Positions 40,856-49,313 of a stretch of DNA of 64,000 bases are shown one piece after another. The notes beneath the pieces are model-generated. The model did not search any database. It was given only the letters and a program-made list of their open reading frames with translations, and was not told the DNA's origin. The position numbers were made by a program, and so were the translations under genes. This DNA is from Candidatus Eiseniibacteriota bacterium (GTDB lineage: Bacteria > Eisenbacteria > RBG-16-71-46 > SZUA-252), in contig CAVUEC010000003.1 of the NCBI GenBank assembly GCA_963740415.1, positions 116,588 through 180,587 on the forward strand. Direction: 5' to 3'. The first letter of the stretch is position 1. Each line of letters opens with the position of its first letter.

Positions 40856-43651
40856 CTTCCGCCGAGGCTCAGGGCGGCGGCCGGATCGGCCCTCGCCCTC
40901 TTTGCCGCCTGCGTCTTCGCCGCATCCGCGTCGTTCGCTCAGTCGCCCTCCGCATCGGCCAAGCCCGGGTCCATCCCCGCCAACGTCGAGCGCGTCGATT
41001 CCCTGGGCGGCATCGCCCAGTACCGCCTCCGTTCCAACGGAATGAAGATCCTCCTGTCCCAGAACCACGCCGCTCCGGTCATCACGTTCCTGGTGGTCTA
41101 TCACGTCGGATCCAGGAATGAAGCGCCCGGGAACACCGGCTCCGCGCACCTCCTCGAACACATGCTCTTCAACAAGAGCACGGCGAGCTTCGGAAAGGCG
41201 AACGGTCACAAGACGTTCCAGGAAGTGCTCTACGAAGCGGGGGCGGACTTCTCCAGCACGAACATGACCACGTGGTACGACCGGATGACCGGCTACTCCA
41301 CCGTCCCGGCCACCGACCTCGATCTCGCGATGCGAATCGAGGCGGACCGGATGAGCCGCGCCCTGATCCTCGACGAGGAGCGGCGCCCGGAAATGTCCGT
41401 CGTCCGAAACGAATATGAGATCGGCGAGAACAACCCGTACCGGGCCCTGGAGAAATCGCTGGTGGCCGCCTGCATCGTGGCGCATCCCTACCACTGGGAC
41501 ACGATCGGGTACCGATCCGACATCGAGGGCGTCTCCACCGAGAAGCTGCGCGATCACTACCACAACTTCTTCTATCCGGATAACGCGGAGGCGATCCTCG
41601 TGGGCGACTTCGACCGCGCGGAGGCCCTGCGGCTCTTCGACCGGGAATTCGGAAGCCTGGCCAAATCCACGAACCCCATCCCAAGCGTGATCACGGTCGA
41701 GCCGCCCCAGGAGGGCGAGCGGCGCGTCGTCGTGAGCCGTCCGGGAGAGGTGGGCATCGTCGAGCTCGCCTACATCCGGCCGGGCGCCCTCGACCACGAC
41801 TTCATCGCCCTCGACGTCCTGGCGACCATCCTCTCCGGCGGTGTGAACTCGAGGCTCTATCAGGGTCTGGTCGAGACCGGGCTCGCGACCGACGTGGACG
41901 CGTCCAACTACACGCTCCGGGATCCATTCCCGATCCTCGTGACCGCGACCGTCTCCCCCACCTCGACGCACGAACGCGTGGAGGCGGCCATGAAGGGCGT
42001 GCTGCGCGAGATTGCGGAGAAGGGCGTCACCGCCGGCGAATTGGCGAGGGCCAAGAGCCGCGTCGAAGTCTCCGTCGTCCGCGGCCGCGATGGAACCTAC
42101 GAGCTCGCGTCCTCGCTGGGCGAGGCCGTCGCGTCGGCGGACTGGAAGTGGTTCGTCACGTATCTGGATTCGATGAGCGTCGTGACGACCGCGGACATCC
42201 AGCGGGTGGCGCGGACCTACTTCGTGCCCGAGCATGCGACGGTCGGATGGTTCGTTCCAATCCGGAGCCAGAAGGAGCCCGCCAAACCCTCGGCGGGGGC
42301 GAAATCCAAGACTCCCCCCAAATCCAAGCGGCCGGGCGCGGGCGGAGCGTCGGATGACGCGGAGGCCGCGGGCGCGACCTTCGCAAGCCGCACCCTCCAC
42401 CGGGTGCTCCCGAACGGCGTCATCTTGAACGTGCTCCAGAACCGCGCGGTCCCGACGGTCGCCGTGCACGGCGTGGCGTTCGCGGGGCGGCAGGAGGCGC
42501 CCGCCGGAAAGCCCGCGATTCCCCAGCTGACCGCCGCGATGCTGACCCGCGGCACCATGACCCGCGACAAGCGGACGCTCGCGAGGCTGCTCGACGACGT
42601 CGGCGCGAGCATTTCGATCAACGCGGAGCTGAACGACGCGCCGTTCGTCGCGTCGGCGCTTTCCAAGGACACGCGGCTTCTGCTCTCGATCCTCGCGGAC
42701 GAGCTTCGAAATCCCGCCTTCGATCCCAAGGAATTGACCAAGGCCAAGAGCGAGCTCAAGGCGGATCTCCTGCGCGGCTACGAGAGCACGGGCCTGAGGG
42801 CCCGGGATGGCCTGTCCCGTCTCGTCTACCCGAAGGGGCATCCCCTTCGCGCGGCGGACAGGGTTGAGATGCTCGCGAGCCTCGACGCGGCCACCGCGGC
42901 GGACCTGCGCGCGTTTCACAGGGCCCGCTACGCGGGATCGGGGATCATTCTCTCCGTGGTCGGGGACGTCGATCCACCCGCGGTCGCGGCGCTGGTCGAT
43001 TCCCTCTTCTCTCCGATACCCGCGGGCGAGCGCCCCAAGTACGGCGAGGCGCGGACCGAGCCCAACCCGGCCCAGCGCGCCGTCGAGACCATGCGCGGAA
43101 AGGCGAACATGGATTTCGTGTTCGGAGGGGCGAGTGGACTCAAGCGGACCGATCCGGATTGGGAGGCATCGATTGTCGCCAACGCGGCGCTCGGCCAGAG
43201 CTCGTTGACGTCACGGATCGGGAAGCGGGTTCGCGACACCGAAGGGTTGAGCTATACCCTCTTCTCGCGGTTCCTCTGGTCCGACTACCTGGACGGCGTC
43301 TGGGCGGTGGACGTGGCCGTGGCGCCCAAGAACCTCGCCAAGGCGCTCCACTCCACGCGCGATGAGATCGTCGGGTATTGCAAGGATGGGATCACCGAGG
43401 ACGAGGTGGCGGTCCAGAAGCGGTTCTTCAGCGGCAACTATCGCGTGCGACTCGGGACCAACGCCGGGGTCGCCTTCGCGCTCACCTACGCGGAGAAGTT
43501 CGGATTCGGCCCCTCCTACCTGGACCAATTCCCGTCACGGGTGGAGGCGGTCACGCGGGATCAGGTGAACCAGGCGATCCGAGCGCACCTGCACCCGGAT
43601 CGCCTTCACCTGGTCGTGGCCGGGGATCTCGACTCAATCCCGGCGTTCTAA
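40856..43651 (+). CDS. Secreted zinc metallopeptidase, M16 (pitrilysin/PqqL-like) family, two M16 units (~930 aa)
   Basis: HxxEH zinc motif in GSAHLLEHMLFN, NGMKILL... mature N-terminus, and a second inactive M16 half. Signal peptide AAAGSALALFAACVFAASASFA is present. No canonical start codon lies between the tRNA-Glu 3' end and the signal peptide (the ORF-track GTG at 40808 is inside the tRNA), so the 5' end is unresolved. Confidence 0.72.
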   Translation, partial: LPPRLRAAAGSALALFAACVFAASASFAQSPSASAKPGSIPANVERVDSLGGIAQYRLRSNGMKILLSQNHAAPVITFLVVYHVGSRNEAPGNTGSAHLLEHMLFNKSTASFGKANGHKTFQEVLYEAGADFSSTNMTTWYDRMTGYSTVPATDLDLAMRIEADRMSRALILDEERRPEMSVVRNEYEIGENNPYRALEKSLVAACIVAHPYHWDTIGYRSDIEGVSTEKLRDHYHNFFYPDNAEAILVGDFDRAEALRLFDREFGSLAKSTNPIPSVITVEPPQEGERRVVVSRPGEVGIVELAYIRPGALDHDFIALDVLATILSGGVNSRLYQGLVETGLATDVDASNYTLRDPFPILVTATVSPTSTHERVEAAMKGVLREIAEKGVTAGELARAKSRVEVSVVRGRDGTYELASSLGEAVASADWKWFVTYLDSMSVVTTADIQRVARTYFVPEHATVGWFVPIRSQKEPAKPSAGAKSKTPPKSKRPGAGGASDDAEAAGATFASRTLHRVLPNGVILNVLQNRAVPTVAVHGVAFAGRQEAPAGKPAIPQLTAAMLTRGTMTRDKRTLARLLDDVGASISINAELNDAPFVASALSKDTRLLLSILADELRNPAFDPKELTKAKSELKADLLRGYESTGLRARDGLSRLVYPKGHPLRAADRVEMLASLDAATAADLRAFHRARYAGSGIILSVVGDVDPPAVAALVDSLFSPIPAGERPKYGEARTEPNPAQRAVETMRGKANMDFVFGGASGLKRTDPDWEASIVANAALGQSSLTSRIGKRVRDTEGLSYTLFSRFLWSDYLDGVWAVDVAVAPKNLAKALHSTRDEIVGYCKDGITEDEVAVQKRFFSGNYRVRLGTNAGVAFALTYAEKFGFGPSYLDQFPSRVEAVTRDQVNQAIRAHLHPDRLHLVVAGDLDSIPAF

Positions 43652-43652
43652 C

Positions 43653-43676
43653 CTCCTCAACGCTACTTGAGGAGGG
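43653..43676. terminator. Shared hairpin between convergent genes (cctcctcaa-cgctac-ttgaggagg), overlapping the last codons of the 43663 gene
   Basis: 9-bp perfect stem with a 6-nt loop in the 11-nt gap between the M16 stop (43649-43651) and the minus-strand stop (43663-43665). Confidence 0.4.
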
Positions 43677-46506
43677 TCATGTCCCTCGTCAAAACCTTGT
43701 CGGCGACGCGGAGGCGGTAGAAGTAGCGGCCGCTCGCGACCGCGTTGCCGCGATCGTCCCGTCCGTCCCACTTCACCACGTGCTTGCCGGCGGGCTGTAG
43801 GCCGTCCACCAGCGCGCGGACCAGCCGGCCCGACACGTCGAACACATGCAGCTTCACCGGTCCGGTCCGTCCGACTTCATAGGCGATCGACGTCATCGGA
43901 TTGAACGGGTTGGGCGCGTTCTGCAGAAGGCGCGCCGCCGGCGCCGCCGGAGACTCCGCGACCGCGCTCACCGACGGAATCGAGAGCGGATTGGCCGGAT
44001 CGGATCCCATCAGCACTTCCAGCCGGTCCCGGTAGCCGTCCCGGTCGCGGTCGAGGCCCATGCGCGTGCCGTCTCCCGGCGGAACTCCCAGGTACGTGAC
44101 CGCCTCGCCGGGGTCCGAAGGAAGCGCGCGCAGCGCGTCGGCGGTGATCGGCCCTTCGGGATCGAAATCGGTGGTGAAGGTGTTTCCGCCCGTATAGAGG
44201 TAACCCCGGTTCTGCCCCCCGATGAACGCGTGGGCCACGAGGTCGCAGTTGCCGAGATCCGCCTGAGCGTAAAGCGAGTCGAGCTGGGCCGCGAGCGAGC
44301 CCGAGCCTTTGGTCAGCGGCGTGATCGTCAACTCGCGGCCGACCGACGGGGCCAGCCCCGTGTCGAACGAGAGGAGGAACGAAGCGAGGTCGATCCGCTG
44401 CTGCTCGTTGTTGAAATTGAAGACGGGCAGATGGAGGAACGTGACGAGGTTGTCGATCGACCCGTCGTGGATGAATCCGAACCCGCGCGCCTGCATTCCC
44501 GCGCCGTTCGTGAATCCGGTCTTCTCGTACATGTTCCGAAGCTGCGGCACCTTGATCCCCTGGCTTTCTTGAAGCAGCACGCCGGGAATGATCGTCCCGT
44601 TGGTGCCGGTCGGGAGCGAGTGGCAGCCGCTGCACGCGACCACGTCGTGGGTCGCCTGGAACTGCGCCAGACCGCGGGTGGGGCTCGGCGTGGGCGCCGG
44701 CGGATTGGGCCACGTCCGGTCCAGGTTCTGGTTCGGGTTCGGCGGGTAGACCATCGTCATGATGAAGTCGTTGTACTTCTGCATGTCGGACGTGGAGAGC
44801 TGCGTCCGGTTCCCCATCAGGCTCACGAACGCCGGATTGAATTTGGTGAAATCCTGCCGGTCGCCGCGCCAGTGAAACGGCGTCGTCGTGTTGAGCCCGC
44901 GCAACGACTGCGTGGTCATCGGCCCCTTCATCGGATCGAAGTCGGCCACGAGCGGTTGACCCGGCGGAGCCGGGTCCTTATCGCCCAGGGGATTCCCCAG
45001 ATCCCACGCGATGTTGTCGAAGTTGCCCGCGATGTGGCACGAGGAGCAGGCCAGATCGCCGTGGTCCGAAATCGTGGCGTCGTAGAGGAACCGCCGGCCC
45101 TCGATGACTTCCCTGGGGCTCGGATCGAAGCGGAGGAACACCTCGCCCACGTTGCTTTCGGTGTTCACGTCCAGGATCCCGACCGAGTTGGCAAACCGGT
45201 TGAGCACGTAGAGCTGCCCGCGCGCCGCGTCCAGGGCCAGGCCCGTCGGGCCGCCGCGCCGTGGCGCGGGCGACAACGACGACGGAATTCGGTTGAGGAC
45301 GAGCCCGCTCGCCGCTTCCACCACGCCGACCTTGTCCGAGCCGAGGGCCGCGACGTAGAGGCGCGTCTCGGACGAATTGATCGCGATGTCGATCGGCTGG
45401 GAGAGGCTCAGATCCTTCTCGAAATCCGGACCCGGGATCGTGTCGTACGTGATGTGGGTGTTGAGGTGCCAGATCGCCGACGGCGTCAGGCCGCCGGGTC
45501 CGACCCGCGAGATCCGGTTCTGAACGAACCGGCCCCTGAGATTTGGCTCGAAGCGCGTGCGGTTGAACGCCTCGGTATTGGTGACGTAGATGTTGCCGCT
45601 ACCCGGCGCCACCGCGAGATTCAAGAGGTTGGTGCCGACGTCGGACACCGTGCGCAGGAGCGAGCCCGTGTTGGCGTCGAGCACGGAGATGTCGCGGTCC
45701 GGCAGGTCGTACGGGATGACCGAATTCCAGGTCTTCTGGGACGCGGGCCTCTCGTCCACCCAGTTGTTCCCCACCTTCTGGACGATCAGTCCAACGTTGG
45801 GGGCCGCGCTCGTCAGCTTCCGAGGCGGACTCGGGGGAGCGGGACCGCCTCCGTCTTCCACGGTGTTCTGGCCGAGAATGGTGGTCCGGTTCCCGGCGTC
45901 GAGAATGCTCACGTAGACTTCGTTCCCTCTCGCCGCGAGCGAGCGCGGGTGGCGGCCGAAGATGGGCTGCACCGTGTTGAGCGTCGGCGCCGTGGGATCG
46001 GTGAGGTTGTAGAGCTTCACGGCATCCTCGCCGCTCACGCAGACGAACGCCCGCTTCGGGCTTCCCGCGAACACGACGTCCGTGGGCTCGTCACCGACGC
46101 GCAGTGTGCCCACCACGCTCCGCGTCGAGAGGTTCACGATGCTCACGTCGTCGGAGACGTTGTTCACGACCCACGCGTAGGTGTCGTCGAACGCGGTCAC
46201 CGACACGGGCTCGATCCCGACCGGGATGTCCCCGGCCCGGGTGAGCGTGTGGTTTCCAATCGTGAAAATCTCCAGCCGCGCGTCCGGCGTGTTCACGGCG
46301 AGGAGCCGGGTCCCATCCGGGGTGATGGCGAGCGGACGGATCTGGAGCGCCTCAAAGTTCGTGTAGTCGCCGAGGGCTGGGGTGGCGGAGTGAAGCGACG
46401 GGGGTTTGACGACGAGCGATGTGATCGAGATGAGCGCCGCGAGGCCAACGAGTCCGAGTGCTGCCTTGACCCACGGCTTTCGGCTGGGGAGCGGACCTAC
46501 CGGCAT
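43663..46506 (-). CDS. Secreted YVTN-type beta-propeller / di-haem cytochrome c (CCP/MauG-like, two CxxCH) fusion protein with T9SS-type C-terminal sorting domain
   Basis: Signal/TM MPVGPLPSRKPWVKAALGLVGLAALISITSLVV, propeller-like repeats in the N-terminal half, haem motifs LACSSCH and VACSGCH, and the C-terminus NAPNPFNPMTSIAYEV...LHVFDVSGRLVRAL...WDGRDDRGNAVASGRYFYRL. Confidence 0.7.
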   Translation of the reverse strand: MPVGPLPSRKPWVKAALGLVGLAALISITSLVVKPPSLHSATPALGDYTNFEALQIRPLAITPDGTRLLAVNTPDARLEIFTIGNHTLTRAGDIPVGIEPVSVTAFDDTYAWVVNNVSDDVSIVNLSTRSVVGTLRVGDEPTDVVFAGSPKRAFVCVSGEDAVKLYNLTDPTAPTLNTVQPIFGRHPRSLAARGNEVYVSILDAGNRTTILGQNTVEDGGGPAPPSPPRKLTSAAPNVGLIVQKVGNNWVDERPASQKTWNSVIPYDLPDRDISVLDANTGSLLRTVSDVGTNLLNLAVAPGSGNIYVTNTEAFNRTRFEPNLRGRFVQNRISRVGPGGLTPSAIWHLNTHITYDTIPGPDFEKDLSLSQPIDIAINSSETRLYVAALGSDKVGVVEAASGLVLNRIPSSLSPAPRRGGPTGLALDAARGQLYVLNRFANSVGILDVNTESNVGEVFLRFDPSPREVIEGRRFLYDATISDHGDLACSSCHIAGNFDNIAWDLGNPLGDKDPAPPGQPLVADFDPMKGPMTTQSLRGLNTTTPFHWRGDRQDFTKFNPAFVSLMGNRTQLSTSDMQKYNDFIMTMVYPPNPNQNLDRTWPNPPAPTPSPTRGLAQFQATHDVVACSGCHSLPTGTNGTIIPGVLLQESQGIKVPQLRNMYEKTGFTNGAGMQARGFGFIHDGSIDNLVTFLHLPVFNFNNEQQRIDLASFLLSFDTGLAPSVGRELTITPLTKGSGSLAAQLDSLYAQADLGNCDLVAHAFIGGQNRGYLYTGGNTFTTDFDPEGPITADALRALPSDPGEAVTYLGVPPGDGTRMGLDRDRDGYRDRLEVLMGSDPANPLSIPSVSAVAESPAAPAARLLQNAPNPFNPMTSIAYEVGRTGPVKLHVFDVSGRLVRALVDGLQPAGKHVVKWDGRDDRGNAVASGRYFYRLRVADKVLTRDMTLLK

Positions 46507-46559
46507 AGGACCTCCTGAGCAATGCCCCCTACTTCGCACGAAGCAGTTTAGGTAACTAA

Positions 46560-47792
46560 TTATAACATATTTGTTTGCTCCATGCAAGCCTCGGCTGCCC
46601 GCTCCACCCCGAGCGGGTCGATGTGACGATTCTGAAACGCCTCGAGGGCGTCCCGCAGGGTCTCCTCCATGCGCTCCCGGTAGACGGCCCGGTCGAACGT
46701 CTGGGCGTGACGGCGCAGCCGCTCCGGATCGAAGCGAAGCCTCGTGAACTCCTCGATCGCCCCTTCGAGCCCCGATTCGGACTCATCGTCGAACAGGATC
46801 CCGGTCCCGGGCGCCACGACCTCGGCCGCGCCGCCGCGCCGAAGTGCTACGACCGGACGCCCGCAGGCCATCGCTTCGAGCGGGGCGATTCCAAAGTCCT
46901 CCTCGTGGGCCTGGATGAGCGCCCGGCATCCGCGATAGGCGTCGCGCAGCGCCTCCATCGAGAGCCAGTCGTCGAAGCGGACCGTTGGACCCGCGATCGA
47001 GCGGAGACGCTTCCCTTCCGGTCCGGTGCCGACCACCCGCAGCGGAAACCCGCGGCGATTGGCGACTCGGATGGCAAGCTCGGTCCCCTTGTAAGGAACA
47101 AGCGCCGATACCACCAGAAACGGGCTGTCATCGGCGCCCGCGGGCGCCGCGGAAGCCGGCGGCCCGTCCGGCTCCTCCCCCGGGGTGAAGTACTCCGCGT
47201 CCACCGGCGGGTAGACGACCTTCGACGGGCGGCGGTAGTGCTTTGCGATCCGGTCGCGGACGTGTTTGGAGTCCGCGATAAAGAGATCCACGCGGTCCGA
47301 GCTCACGCGGTCCCAGATTCGAAACCGGTGCGCCACCCATGGACCCACCAGCCGGCTCACCGCGTTCCCCTTTCCGGGGCCGAAGTACCGCGGGTAGAGG
47401 TCCCAAAAGTACCGGACCGGCGTGAAGCAGTAGCAGACGTGGAGCGCGTCGGAGCGGGTGAGCGCTCCCTTGGCGACGCAGTGGCTTAAGGAGACAACGA
47501 GATCGTAGTCGCTCAGGTCGAACGACTCGACCGCGAGCGGATAGAGCGGAACGTACCAGCGGTAGTGACTGCGCCCGCCCGGCATGCGGGCGATCCACGA
47601 CTCGTGGATCCGGCGGGCCTCGATGGCGCGGCTCACGCTCCCGCGCCGGTGCACCAGCGTGTAGAGATCCGCCTGCGGAAACATCTCGCAGAGCACCTCG
47701 AGACATTTTTCCCCGCCGCGCATTCCCGTGAGCCAGTCGTGCACCAGCGCGACGCGGAGAGACGAAAGGGATTGCTCCACGAGTCGCGTCAC
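46560..47792 (-). CDS. Glycosyltransferase family 4 (GT-B fold)
   Basis: EEDFGIAPLEAMACGRPVVA (EX7E-type) motif. GTG start overlaps the gltX TGA (GTGA). The upstream Arg-rich part of the 796-aa ORF is a shadow of gltX and was rejected. Confidence 0.75.
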   Translation of the reverse strand: MTRLVEQSLSSLRVALVHDWLTGMRGGEKCLEVLCEMFPQADLYTLVHRRGSVSRAIEARRIHESWIARMPGGRSHYRWYVPLYPLAVESFDLSDYDLVVSLSHCVAKGALTRSDALHVCYCFTPVRYFWDLYPRYFGPGKGNAVSRLVGPWVAHRFRIWDRVSSDRVDLFIADSKHVRDRIAKHYRRPSKVVYPPVDAEYFTPGEEPDGPPASAAPAGADDSPFLVVSALVPYKGTELAIRVANRRGFPLRVVGTGPEGKRLRSIAGPTVRFDDWLSMEALRDAYRGCRALIQAHEEDFGIAPLEAMACGRPVVALRRGGAAEVVAPGTGILFDDESESGLEGAIEEFTRLRFDPERLRRHAQTFDRAVYRERMEETLRDALEAFQNRHIDPLGVERAAEACMEQTNML

Positions 47793-49270
47793 CCGGCCGT
47801 CGCCGGGGACGCCGCCTCGAGATGATCCGCGGCGTCGCGCAGGCGCTTCACGGTGCGCTCGGCTCCGAGAAGGAGCATCACGTCGAAGATTCCGGGCGTG
47901 ACCTTCTTCCCGGTCAACGCGATCCGGGCGGGCATGATCACGTCGCCGGCCTTCACTCCCAGCTCCGCCGCGACGCCGCGCGTCGCCTTCTCCAATGGAT
48001 CGTGCTCGAACGGCGACACGGTTTCCAGCGCGCCGGCGAGCCGACGCAGCCGCTCGGGCGTTCCCGGCTTGGCCTGAAGCTCGGCCCACAGCACGGGGTC
48101 CGGCGCCACGCGGTCGACGAAGAGGTAGGCCGAGTATCCGAGGAACTGCTGCGGCCGCTTGACCCGGTCGCCCGCGGCCTCGACCGCCCGCGTCAGGAAG
48201 GACCGGTCTTGCAATGCCCCCGCGGGGAGCTCGCCCGTCGCGCGGAGGTGCTCGACGATGAGATCGACGCGGCGTTCCAGCGGCAGGGCCCGGAAATACT
48301 CGCCGTTCATCCACTCGAGCTTTTCGTAGTTGAAGATCGCGGGATTCCGCGACACGCGGTCGAGGGTGAAGAATTGAATCAGCTCCTCCATCGAGAACAT
48401 CTCGCGCTCGCCGTCGTACGCCCAGCCCAGAAGCGCGAGGAAGTTCACCATCGCCTCGGGCAGGATTCCCTCGTCCCGAAACGCGGTCACGGAGGTGGCG
48501 CCGTGGCGCTTGGAGAGCCGGGTCCCGTCGGGGCCCAGGATCATCGGAAAGTGCGCGAACCGCGGATGCGCCAGGCCGAGCGCCCGGAAGATCTGGATCT
48601 GGCGCGGCGTGTTGGAGATGTGGTCGTCGCCGCGGAGCACGTCGGTGATCTCCATGGCGTGGTCGTCGATCACCACCGCGAAATTGTACGTCGGGTGGCC
48701 GTCCGATCGGGCGATGACCAGATCGTCGAGGGCGGTGTTCTGGAACGTGACGTCTCCCCGAACGCCGTCGTCCCACCTGGTCTCGCCGTCGGGCATGAAG
48801 AACCGGATGGCGTGGCGCTCGCCCTTCGCGGCCCGCGCCTCGGACTCGGCGGCCGGAATCCGGTGGCACAGCCGGTCGTACTTGGGCTGATCCCCGCGCT
48901 TCAGCGCTTCCTCCCGCCGGCGCTGCAGATCCTCCGGCGAGCAGAAGCACCGGTACGCCTTGCCCTCACCGAGCAGGCGCGCGACGGCCTCGGCGTAGAG
49001 CGGCAGGCGCTCGCTCTGGTGATAGGGTCCCTTGGCGCCCCCGGCCCCCGGTCCCTCGTCCCAGTTCAGGCCGAGCCACTTCAAGCCCTCGTAGATGGCC
49101 GTGACCGAGTCTTCGGTCGACCGTTCCTGGTCGGTGTCCTCAATTCGAAGCACGAATACGCCGCCGTGATGGCGCGCGTAGAGGAAATTGAACAGCGCCG
49201 TTCGGGCGCCGCCGACGTGCAAGAAACCGCTCGGGCTCGGCGCGAAGCGCACCCGGACCGGTGACGACAT
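47789..49270 (-). CDS. gltX: Glutamyl-tRNA synthetase
   Basis: HVGGARTALFN (HIGH), KLSKRHG (KMSKS), and the anticodon-binding C-terminal domain. 493 aa. Confidence 0.92.
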   Translation of the reverse strand: MSSPVRVRFAPSPSGFLHVGGARTALFNFLYARHHGGVFVLRIEDTDQERSTEDSVTAIYEGLKWLGLNWDEGPGAGGAKGPYHQSERLPLYAEAVARLLGEGKAYRCFCSPEDLQRRREEALKRGDQPKYDRLCHRIPAAESEARAAKGERHAIRFFMPDGETRWDDGVRGDVTFQNTALDDLVIARSDGHPTYNFAVVIDDHAMEITDVLRGDDHISNTPRQIQIFRALGLAHPRFAHFPMILGPDGTRLSKRHGATSVTAFRDEGILPEAMVNFLALLGWAYDGEREMFSMEELIQFFTLDRVSRNPAIFNYEKLEWMNGEYFRALPLERRVDLIVEHLRATGELPAGALQDRSFLTRAVEAAGDRVKRPQQFLGYSAYLFVDRVAPDPVLWAELQAKPGTPERLRRLAGALETVSPFEHDPLEKATRGVAAELGVKAGDVIMPARIALTGKKVTPGIFDVMLLLGAERTVKRLRDAADHLEAASPATAG

Positions 49271-49313
49271 GAACGCTCCTTGTGGTGGATCGGGAAATCC
49301 GCCGGCGCGGCGG

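Noticed and set aside
40850-42919. 689-aa minus-strand ORF
   Set aside because: Antisense to the M16 peptidase, which has the HxxEH motif on the plus strand.
43846-46518. 890-aa plus-strand ORF
   Set aside because: Antisense to the beta-propeller/di-haem gene.
47793-48950. Arg-rich N-terminal 386 codons of the 796-aa ORF 46560-48950
   Set aside because: Alternate-frame shadow inside gltX. The GT4 gene starts at the GTG overlapping the gltX stop.
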